Origin: Candidatus Krumholzibacteriia bacterium
Lineage (GTDB): Bacteria; Krumholzibacteriota; Krumholzibacteriia; JAJRXK01
NCBI GenBank assembly: GCA_041484665.1
Contig: JBGPIA010000007.1
Span: forward strand, 1-64,000
Direction of reading: 5' to 3'
Length of the DNA stretch: 64,000 nt
The notes beneath the pieces were generated by a model that made no database searches, was not told where the DNA came from, and saw only the letters and a program-made list of their open reading frames with translations. The translations under genes and the position numbers were made by a program. Positions within the stretch are counted from its first letter, which is position 1. Every line of letters starts with the position of its first letter. This document shows, in pieces, positions 8,977 to 17,048 of the stretch.

Positions 8977-10035
8977 CTACCCCTCCGGCACGAGGATCGC
9001 CCGCTGCGCGAGCCGTCCGGCGCGGGCCTCCTCGAATGCGTGCTGGATCTGCCCGAGGGGCAGCTTCTCGATGAACGGGCGCAACGTCACCTTGCCCTCC
9101 AGGACCAGGCGGATGGCGTCGGCGTAGAGCGCTGGCGCGCAGCCCCAGTTGCCGATGCAGCGCGCGTCGAAGGCCATCAGATTGCTCAGACGCAGCTCCA
9201 GGGTCGCCATCGTGAAGCCGACCACCGACAGCGTGGCCGCAGGCCCCAGCAGGCCGTAGGCGAGTTCCTGGCCGCCCTTGGTCCCGGACATTTCGAAGAT
9301 CCGCCAGCCGAACTGCGGCGCGCGGGCTGCCTGCGCCAGCTCGCGGACGGCTTTCTTGATGCTCTTGGGATCCACGGTCTGCACGTTGAGGGTGAAATCT
9401 GCGCCGTGAGTGCCAATACGCGCGAGCTTGGCGTCGTCGATATCCAGGGCGATCACCTTGGCGCCGAGCGCCTTGGCGATCTGTACGCCGTAGGTGCCGA
9501 TCCCTCCTACGCCGACCACGATCGCCAGGTCACCGGCTTTGAGCCCCGAGCGCACGATGGCCTGGTACGGCGTCGTCACCGCGTCGGCGATCACGGAGAG
9601 ATCGGCCAGCTCGTGGCCGCGCAGCGCGTCGGGAAGCACAGCGAGGTCACGGGCGGGCACCTTCAGGTGCGACGCGAACCCGCCATGGCCGTCGTTGCCG
9701 GGCATGAACTGGCGGGCGCATATGTTGGGAAGCCCCGCGCGGCACGGATCGCACTCCCCGCACGGCAGCACCGCGGGCACGATCACCTTGCGGCCAAGCA
9801 GGTGCGCCGCGCGCGGGCCGGCATCCTCGACGACGCCGGCGACCTCGTGGCCCAGCACCAGCGGCAGGCCGCGGCGCGTCTTCACCTCGCCGGAGTAGAA
9901 TGCGAGATCGGTGTGGCACAGCCCGCAGCCGGCCACGCGCACCACCGCTTCGTCAGCGCCGGGCGCCTCGAGCTCGTAGTCGAACGCTTCCAGCGGAGCG
10001 CCTGGCGCGTGGAGCGCGTAGCCATGGGCCCGCAT
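8977..10035 (-). CDS. had: 6-hydroxycyclohex-1-ene-1-carbonyl-CoA dehydrogenase (Zn-dependent MDR)
   Basis: GLCHTD, LGHE, CGECDPC...C, MPGNDGHGGFASH, VIADAVTTPYQA, LSNLMAFDA..GNWGC. ATG 10035 has a GGAGG RBS (alternative ATG 10068). Confidence 0.92.
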   Translation of the reverse strand: MRAHGYALHAPGAPLEAFDYELEAPGADEAVVRVAGCGLCHTDLAFYSGEVKTRRGLPLVLGHEVAGVVEDAGPRAAHLLGRKVIVPAVLPCGECDPCRAGLPNICARQFMPGNDGHGGFASHLKVPARDLAVLPDALRGHELADLSVIADAVTTPYQAIVRSGLKAGDLAIVVGVGGIGTYGVQIAKALGAKVIALDIDDAKLARIGTHGADFTLNVQTVDPKSIKKAVRELAQAARAPQFGWRIFEMSGTKGGQELAYGLLGPAATLSVVGFTMATLELRLSNLMAFDARCIGNWGCAPALYADAIRLVLEGKVTLRPFIEKLPLGQIQHAFEEARAGRLAQRAILVPEG

Positions 10036-10070
10036 GCCGCCTCCGGGGCTGAGAGTGCTTCCTGGCATCT

Positions 10071-10098
10071 AATCTAGTCGGTTCGAACGCTTGTTCAA
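10071..10098 (-). promoter_or_regulatory. Putative sigma70 promoter of the had-oah-dch-bcr operon with overlapping palindromic operator
   Basis: Minus strand TTGAAC (10098-10093), 16 nt, TAGATT (10076-10071) in a locally AT-richer patch. Inverted repeat TTGAAC-AAGC-GTTCGA covers the -35. Confidence 0.5.
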
Positions 10099-10287
10099 GT
10101 GCGGCGAGGTCCAGGTCACAAAATCGGAGTGCCGGGGGTGGAGGCAGGCCGGGGCAGGCTCGGCGAACGCCCAAGGGCAGTGCCGGTTGCCAGCCGGGGC
10201 ACGGCGCCAGCGGACCGCGCGATCAGGCATGTGGGGGTCACGGCGACGAGCGCCGCACGCTCGCGCGGGGGTTTCCGCCGGCCGGTG

Positions 10288-10554
10288 CTATTTGCAGGTC
10301 TTGCTGCTGGGTGGGGTCTGCCCACAGTTGATGCGCTCGTCCATGCCGCCCCGTGCCAGGACGACGCAGGCGCTCTCGGTGGCCGCCCGCACGGCCTCCT
10401 TCTCGTTGGCGCCCACACCGGTGCGGCAGGCCTGCTCGCCCTTGTAGGTGATGCAGACATCGCACGTGATCTTCTGCACCTGGAGGACCGAATACACGAT
10501 CAGCGCGACCAGCCCGACCACGAACGCGACGACGATCACGGCGTTGCGGGACAT
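10288..10554 (-). CDS. Small membrane-anchored Cys-rich protein (88 aa)
   Basis: GGAGGTG RBS and ATG 10554. Hydrophobic N-terminal helix VIVVAFVVGLVALIVYSVL, then six Cys including CDVC. Confidence 0.75.
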   Translation of the reverse strand: MSRNAVIVVAFVVGLVALIVYSVLQVQKITCDVCITYKGEQACRTGVGANEKEAVRAATESACVVLARGGMDERINCGQTPPSSKTCK

Positions 10555-10574
10555 TGCAAGGACACCTCCCAGTC

Positions 10575-10620
10575 GGCGCGGGTCCAGCGCCGCACCGGGC
10601 GTGGGTCCAGCGCCGCACCA
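10575..10620. repeat. 23-bp direct tandem repeat x2
   Basis: GGCGCGGGTCCAGCGCCGCACCG / GGCGTGGGTCCAGCGCCGCACCA, followed by a decayed partial third copy. Confidence 0.75.
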
Positions 10621-10687
10621 GAAACCAGCGCAGCCCCCCACCAGGAGCGGGCGCGGGCGCGGCCGCTGTGCGGCGAGCCCGCCGTGT

Positions 10688-11227
10688 CTACGCGCCGATC
10701 GCCTTGCGGATGCGCTCGATCTGCCAGCGGTGCACGATGTCGTGCGCCGCGAGCATCTTGAGGATCTTCCGCACGCTCTCGGGGCCACGCTCGGTGTGGA
10801 GCCCCTCGCGATCGAGCTGCTCGTCGCTGAGGCTGCGCAGCAGCCGCAGGTTAATCGTGCGCAACGCCCGCAGCTGATCCAGTGCGTCGTCCAGCTTTGC
10901 CTCACGGTAGCGCAGCTCGCTCGCCCAGAGGTCTTGGTCGAACCCCTGGATCTGCGGCGTGCGCATCGCGACGGTCATGCGGATGCGATAGGCGTAGACG
11001 AGGTCATGGTCGGCCAGGTGTTGCACGACCTCGATGAGCGACCACTTCCCGTCGTACTCGGGCTGGCGCAGCTGCGCCTCGCTCAGCCCCGTCACCACAC
11101 CCGGCAACCACGGCAGGAGCTCTTCCAGGACCTGCACGGGATCCCGGTCTCCCAAGACGGTCATCAGACTGCCGATGTAATCGGCGGCGCTGGCCCTGGC
11201 TCGACCGGCGGGATTGGCGAACGACAC
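10688..11227 (-). CDS. DinB/YfiT-family putative metalloenzyme
   Basis: GTG 11227 after AGGAGA. GKWSLIEVVQHLAD and AAHDIVHRWQI give the His triad; FDQDLWA motif. Confidence 0.85.
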   Translation of the reverse strand: MSFANPAGRARASAADYIGSLMTVLGDRDPVQVLEELLPWLPGVVTGLSEAQLRQPEYDGKWSLIEVVQHLADHDLVYAYRIRMTVAMRTPQIQGFDQDLWASELRYREAKLDDALDQLRALRTINLRLLRSLSDEQLDREGLHTERGPESVRKILKMLAAHDIVHRWQIERIRKAIGA

Positions 11228-11574
11228 TCTGGATCTCCTGGACCTGCAGGGGACGGACGAGTGGGGGCGCAGTCTATCACGGTCCAGGGGAACGGTCCAA
11301 GCGCGGCAGCGCGCTGGCGCGCACTGGCGCGCGCGGGGCCGCCCGGGCGGGCGCGCGGGGGCGCGGAGTCCCGCGGCAGCGCGCTGGGCACGGGGCCGAA
11401 GGCCGCTCACGCCCGGGCGAGCGCCCCCCCGCAGCCACGCCCAAGCAGCCCCGCCCGGGCGGCAGGCAAGCGGGGCGCGGAGGCTGAATCTGGTCGGGCG
11501 CTCTGCCGACAGCGCGGATGCGCCGCGCCGCGTGGCGTCTGTTCGCTTGGGCCCATCTCGGACGTTGTATTCAG

Positions 11575-11760
11575 TGAAAGGCCGGCGGGAACTCCCGCAC
11601 GCCTGACCAGGGTTGGCCGGGTCGGCTCGCGCCTCGCGGGTGGGCCGGCTGAGCGCACACCTTGGCTCGCCCCCGGGGCCCGCGACTCCCCGAGGGCAAA
11701 CCGATCGCCCGGCTGCCTCTCCCCAAGCGACAGGCAGAGCGGCCGGGCGGTGCTTTTTTC
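11575..11760 (+). ncRNA. Candidate structured non-coding RNA (unassigned family)
   Basis: Non-coding gap with successive stems: GCGGGA/TCCCGC; CCAGGGT/ACCTTGG enclosing GGTCGGCTCGC/GTGGGCCGGCT; GCCC-CGGGG/CCCCG-GGGC. Ends in a terminator. G-U pairs work only on the + strand. Confidence 0.35.
11704..11759 (+). terminator. Rho-independent terminator
   Basis: ATCGCCCGGCTGC pairs with GCGGCCGGGCGGT (13 bp, two G-U), followed by GCTTTTTT. Confidence 0.65.
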
Positions 11761-11899
11761 GCGACGGTGCACTCAAGGCCTGACAGTCGGCCGCGCGGCC
11801 GGGCCCGATCGGTCCGAACACGGGAGCGCCCGTTTCGCGATGTCGCTGATTCCGCAGGAGCGCCCACAGCGTCAAAGCGCGCTCTGCCGGCGGTCCCGC

Positions 11900-12999
11900 T
11901 CAAACGGCAAATCCCACCGAGTAGATGAGGGGCAAGTAGTTGCCCAGGCAGCGCCAGCTGACGCCGCCGTCATCACTGACGAAAAGATTCCCGGTGGTGC
12001 TGCCGAAGGCCAGCGAGCTGCCGCGCAGATCCAGCGCGTGCCGGTAGACCAGGTCGCAGCAATTCTCCTGGGGGAGCCCTCGGGTGAGCACCTTCCAGGT
12101 GCGGCCGCCGTCTTCCGTCCGGCAGACGCGCAGGGCGCCGCCAACAGACATGCGCCGCTCGTCGCTCACCGCCGGGACGACCCAGGCGGTGTCGGGCCGC
12201 CGCTCGTGGACGGCGACCCCGAACCCGAAGCGCGCGGGCCCCTCGGGCTGCGTGACCTCCGTCCAGCTCTGCGCGCCGTCCTGGCTACGGAAGATGCCGC
12301 AGTGATTCTGCTGCCACCGCGCGTCGGGTCGCGTGACGCACGCCATGACCTGGTGCGGGTCGTGGCCGACCTCCGCGTTCGGGTCGGGCAGGAAGGTCGC
12401 CCTGAGCCCTTTGTTGCGCGGCTGCCACGAGTGGCCGTCTTCGCGCGCCTCGAACACCCCTGCGCAGGAGATGCCCACCAGCACGTGGCGGCTATCACGG
12501 GGATCCACGAGCACCGAGTAGATGCCGGGGGTGTCGCGGCCGCCGCCGAACCAGCTCGCCTTGCGGCTGGGGTGCTCCCACAGCCCTGCGACCAGTGTAC
12601 GGCTCTCACCGCCATCCTCGCTGCGGAACAGCCCGCCGGGGTTCGTCCCGAGGTAGACCCGCCCGGACCGATCCTTGCCGCCTTCGGCGATCGTCCAGAT
12701 CGCCTCGAGCTTGGCCGCGACCCCTTCTTTCACCTCGGCGCCGTCGGGGTGTAGTGTGGCGCGGGCATTTCCTGCCACGTACGCCCCTCGTCGCGGCTGC
12801 GCTGGGGCTTCTGACTCCAGTGCCCGTGGTCGAGGGCCGCCCAGAGCGTGCCCGTACGCCCGTCGCGCATCGCGTCGCGCGCCGGAATCCCCAGGTGGGA
12901 CTGACCGGTGAGGGACCAGTCGCCCGGGGGGTTGCCCGCGCGCTCGAAGCTGAGCAATCCCTTGCGCGTACCGATCAGGAGCTTGCGGCTCGCGTCCAT
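11900..12999 (-). pseudogene. Frameshifted BNR/Asp-box beta-propeller protein (sialidase-like hydrolase family)
   Basis: LLIGTRKGL...SRDEGRTW (ORF 12730-12999) continues in another frame as PDGAEVK...RSEDGGES, QQNHCGIFRSQDG, RTEDGGRTW, SDDGGVSW. Removing 2 nt (AC) near 12750 restores MPAPHYPDGAEV. Confidence 0.75.
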
Positions 13000-13220
13000 G
13001 GCGTCACTCTCCGTTTCATCCGCCCGATAGGGCCTGGAATGCGCGCGCCTCGGTCAAATGGCGTCCGCGCCGGCACCACCCGCATCCGCGTCACGGGCGC
13101 CGAAGGCGGCGCGCCGGCGCGCAAACGCTGATTGCCCGGCAGCAAGCGGGCCGGCCCACCCCCAGAGCCATGTCCGAAAACGGCCAGCGCCGCGCTCTGC
13201 CCTGCGCTATACGTTGGGGC

Positions 13221-14723
13221 ATGCTTGACGCGCGACGCTGTTATCAGGCCCTGCTCAGCAAGGACCGGCGGTTCGACGGGCGCTTCTTCGTGGGCGTGCG
13301 CACGACGGGCGTCTACTGCCGGCCGATCTGCCCGGCTCCGCCTCCCCGGGAGCGCAACGTCTCCGTCTTCGCGTGCGCGGCGGCAGCCGAGGCCGCCGGG
13401 TTCCGTCCCTGCCGGCGGTGCCGACCCGAGGCCGCAGCGGGCACGCCGGCCTGGCTCGGCTCCTGCGCGACCGTTTCGCGCGCGCTGCGCCTCATCCACG
13501 AAGGTGCGCTCGACGCCGCCGGGGTCGACGACCTCGCGCGCCGGCTCGGCGTCGGCAGCCGCCACCTGCGCCGCCTCTTCCTGGAGCATCTCGGCGCGAC
13601 GCCCGCCGCCATCGCGCGCACGCGCCGCGTGCATTTCGCGCGCCGTCTGCTCGACTCGACCACGTTGCCCATGACCGAGATCGCCACCGGCGCGGGGTTC
13701 TGCAGCATCCGCCGCTTCAATGCCGCGATGCGCGCCGCCTTCGGCGCTAGCCCAACTGAGCTTCGCGCGCGGACCGGCGCGCGGACGCTGGGGCGGACTG
13801 GCGCGCAAAGCGGTGGGCCGACGAGGACGCGGACCGGCACGCGCCGCCCGGCACGCGACGGCGACGGGATCATGCTGCGCCTGACCTACCGGCCGCCGCT
13901 GGACTGGGAGCGTCTGTTGGGATTCCTGCGCGCCCGCGCCATCCCCGGAGTGGAGCACGTCGAAGGCGGCGTCTACCGTCGCACGATCCGCTACGCCGAC
14001 GGCACTGGGATCCTTGCCGTACGTCCCGATCCGGACCGCTCCGAGGTGGAAGTGCACGTGCCGGCCTGCGTTTCACGCGAGCTGCAGCCGATCGCCGACC
14101 GCGTGCAGCGGCTGTTCGACCTGGGCGCCGATCCCCTGCCGATCGCCACTCACCTGCGGCGCGACCCGCTGCTGGCGGGCTTGCTGCGCGTGCACGCGGG
14201 CGTGCGCGTGGCGGGGGCGTGGGACGGGTTCGAGACCGCAGTGCGTGTCATCCTCGGCCAGCAGGTCACCGTGCGCGCCGCGACGACGCTGGCCGGTCGC
14301 TTGGTGCGCGCCCTCGGAGAGCCACTCGCCCATCCGGACGCAGGGCTGACCCACTTGTTCCCGGACCCGGCGCGGGTGGTGGACGCGCCGTTGCGCGGGC
14401 TGGGGATCACGGGCCAACGCGTCCGCTGCCTACGCGAGCTGGCCCGCGCGGCGCGCGAGGGATCGCTGCAGCTGGGCCCAGCCGGTGACCTGGACGACGC
14501 GGTGCGCCGGTTGCGCGCCATCCCTGGCATCGGGCCCTGGACGGCGCAGGTCATCGCCCTGCGCGTGCTCGGCGAGCCGGACGCCTTCCCGGCGGGAGAT
14601 CTCGGCCTGCGCCGGGCGCTGGCGGGCGCGCGGCGTCCCGCCCCCGAGCGGGAGATCCTCGCGCGCGCCGAGGCTTGGCGTCCGTGGCGCGCGTACGCCG
14701 TGATGTTGCTGTGGCAGGCGTGA
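13221..14723 (+). CDS. alkA: Ada Zn-binding/AraC HTH + AlkA DNA-3-methyladenine glycosylase II fusion
   Basis: FDGRFFVGVRTTGVYCRPIC, GFRPCRRCRP, AraC-type HTH, LRLTYRPPLDW (AlkA_N), ILGQQVTV, IPGIGPWTA (HhH), DAFPAGDLGL, WRPWRAYA. Confidence 0.92.
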   Translation: MLDARRCYQALLSKDRRFDGRFFVGVRTTGVYCRPICPAPPPRERNVSVFACAAAAEAAGFRPCRRCRPEAAAGTPAWLGSCATVSRALRLIHEGALDAAGVDDLARRLGVGSRHLRRLFLEHLGATPAAIARTRRVHFARRLLDSTTLPMTEIATGAGFCSIRRFNAAMRAAFGASPTELRARTGARTLGRTGAQSGGPTRTRTGTRRPARDGDGIMLRLTYRPPLDWERLLGFLRARAIPGVEHVEGGVYRRTIRYADGTGILAVRPDPDRSEVEVHVPACVSRELQPIADRVQRLFDLGADPLPIATHLRRDPLLAGLLRVHAGVRVAGAWDGFETAVRVILGQQVTVRAATTLAGRLVRALGEPLAHPDAGLTHLFPDPARVVDAPLRGLGITGQRVRCLRELARAAREGSLQLGPAGDLDDAVRRLRAIPGIGPWTAQVIALRVLGEPDAFPAGDLGLRRALAGARRPAPEREILARAEAWRPWRAYAVMLLWQA

Positions 14724-14885
14724 TCGACACGAAGCGATGGCGTCACCAACGGGGCACGAGGACGGGATCGATGGGAAGCGACGACGTGATCAACTGGGCG
14801 CAAAGATGCGATCGATGGGCCGTGAGGACCTCGTCGTGCGGGTGCGAGGATCCGATCGACGGGACGAATGGACGTCATCAACAGG
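14722..14885. repeat. 44-bp degenerate tandem repeat, ~3.7 copies, filling the alkA-ogt gap
   Basis: Units start at 14722, 14766, 14810 and 14854, each with GATCGA(C/T). Shared internal G(A/G)CGT.A.CAAC and GG..CGAGGA blocks. Confidence 0.75.
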
Positions 14886-14896
14886 AGGGAATCGTG

Positions 14897-15415
14897 ATGC
14901 TGCTGGAGCGCGTGACGATCGAGAGCCCGCTGGGTCCCCTGCGCGCCGCCCTGCGCGGCCGCGCGTTGTGCGCGCTGGATTTCCAGGACCGCTGGCCGCG
15001 CGTGGAGGCGGCGTTGCGCCGCCGGTTCGGGGAGATCTCCTGGCGCGACGGCGCGCCTCCGCAGTGGCTCGCCCGCTGTCTAGGAGCGTATTTCGCGGGC
15101 CGGCTCGATGCACTCGACGATCTCGCCACCGACGCCGGCGGCACGGGGTTCCAGCGGGCGGTGTGGGCGGCGCTGCGGCGCGTGCCGCCCGGCACGACCA
15201 CGACCTACGGCGCGCTGGCCCGCGCGCTGGGGCGGCCGGGCGCCGCCCGGGCCGTGGGCGCGGCCAACGCCCACAATCCGGTCGCGATCGTCGTGCCGTG
15301 CCATCGGGTGATCGGCGCGGCAGGGACGTTGTGCGGGTACGCCGGCGGCGTGGGGCGCAAGCAGTGGCTGCTCACCCACGAGGCAGGGGCGTTGCGCATA
15401 AGTGCGCGCGCCTGA
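14897..15415 (+). CDS. ogt: Methylated-DNA-protein-cysteine methyltransferase
   Basis: AGGAGG RBS. ESPLG, GTGFQRAVW, ARAVGAANAHNPVAIVVPCHRVIG (active-site PCHR), GYAGG..RKQWLL.HE. Confidence 0.93.
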   Translation: MLLERVTIESPLGPLRAALRGRALCALDFQDRWPRVEAALRRRFGEISWRDGAPPQWLARCLGAYFAGRLDALDDLATDAGGTGFQRAVWAALRRVPPGTTTTYGALARALGRPGAARAVGAANAHNPVAIVVPCHRVIGAAGTLCGYAGGVGRKQWLLTHEAGALRISARA

Positions 15416-15460
15416 CCCCGCGCGCGACCCCTGCGCCGTCCTGGAATCGCGATCGAGCCT

Positions 15461-15779
15461 ATGGCAAGCGTCCCTTCCCTGCGGATCCGGGCCCTGAATG
15501 TGGCCCCCGTGCGTCCCCAGCGCGCGTTCGTTCTGTACTGGATGACGGCCAGCCGCCGGCTGCGCTGGCGGTGATGCTCGAGCTCAACAACCGCTACGCG
15601 CTCGACGGCCGGGATCCGAACTCCGTGAGCGGGTCTTTTGGTGTCTTTGGCGCTACGACCGCCCCTGGGGGCCACAGTGCCCCATCTTCGGGACGATCCG
15701 CTCGATGAGCTCCCGCAACACCGCGCGCAAGTTCGACGTGCGGGACGACCTGGCGCGCTACGGGCAGGCCGTGCCGTAG
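15461..15779 (+). pseudogene. phr: Class II CPD DNA photolyase remnant with large internal deletion and frameshift
   Basis: N-terminal MASVPSLRIRALNVAPVRPQRAFVLYWMTASRR is joined out of frame to C-terminal ALAVMLELNNRYALDGRDPNS.SG, then after another frameshift FWCL.RYDRPWGP..PIFGTIRSMSSRNTARKFDV...TAG. Confidence 0.85.
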
Positions 15780-15788
15780 CGCGCCGTC

Positions 15789-16400
<612 letters not shown>

Positions 16401-16420
16401 GCCCCTTACCCGGCGCGCGC

Positions 16421-16954
16421 TCAGTGATCCGATCGCGTTTCCCGGCTCTCCCGCTCGCCAGCGCCGGTCGTACCGCCGAGCGCCCCGACGCCGCCCAGTC
16501 GCGCGAGCTCGCCGGCGGTCCATGCGCACAGCTCGGTGATCTCCTGGGCGGTGAGCCGCGCGTCGTGGTGCATCCGCAGGTAGATGGACAGGGGCATCTC
16601 GCCCTTGCGGATCTCCTCGCAGATCCCCTCCAGCCGCTTGGCAGCCTCGCGGGGCTCGTAGGCCGCCCAGTCGGAGAAGTTCATGCTCGAGCGGGCCTCC
16701 TTCACGTCGTTGACGACCAGCCAGCAGACCGGTGCGACGTGGCTGTACCAGGGCCAGCGCGTCTGATGGCTATGGCAGTCGTAACAGCAGCGCTGCAAGA
16801 CCGCGGCGAGCTTGACGGGGATCTGGGTGCGCGCGAGAACCTCCCGCGAGCGGACGACCAGTGGATTCGTGCGCCGCGGCTGGATGAACTGGATGGCGAT
16901 CAGCACGCCCAGCAGCCCGAGCAAGATCGCGCGCAGCCGTCGCTTCGCAGGCAT
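16421..16954 (-). CDS. Haem-binding domain protein (c-type cytochrome-like, Haem_bd family)
   Basis: N-terminal TM ending IQFI. CYDCHS haem motif followed by T.WPWYS.VAP, NFSDW, GEMP..Y..MH. Confidence 0.85.
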   Translation of the reverse strand: MPAKRRLRAILLGLLGVLIAIQFIQPRRTNPLVVRSREVLARTQIPVKLAAVLQRCCYDCHSHQTRWPWYSHVAPVCWLVVNDVKEARSSMNFSDWAAYEPREAAKRLEGICEEIRKGEMPLSIYLRMHHDARLTAQEITELCAWTAGELARLGGVGALGGTTGAGERESRETRSDH

Positions 16955-17048
16955 CGGTTTGCGAGCCTCCGGCAGAAGGGAACGCAGTCGCGGCCGGAAG
17001 TCGCGGCGGCCCGTCGGGAGTCCGGGGGCAGGGGAGCTGCCGGCAACC

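Noticed and set aside
10084..10097. LexA (SOS) box upstream of had
   Set aside because: It matches GAAC-N4-GTTC but precedes a catabolic operon, and I saw no such box before alkA; kept only as a generic operator.
11302..11387. 16-bp direct repeat CGCGGCAGCGCGCTGG (11302, 11372) as a regulatory site
   Set aside because: Lies in an extremely GC-rich low-complexity tract, so a chance or slippage origin is likely.
11595..11615. SRP RNA suggested by GGTCAGG on the minus strand
   Set aside because: The conserved CCGGAAGGAAGCAG domain IV continuation is missing.
11693..11735. c-di-GMP-I riboswitch suggested by GGGCAAACC
   Set aside because: The following GNRA-capped stem and GACGCAAAGC segment are absent, and there is no downstream + strand gene.
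14722..14885. CRISPR array interpretation of the 44-bp repeats (also the 25-bp and 37-bp arrays)
   Set aside because: Similarity runs across whole units with no identical repeat plus unique spacer structure; periods are too short and no cas genes are present.
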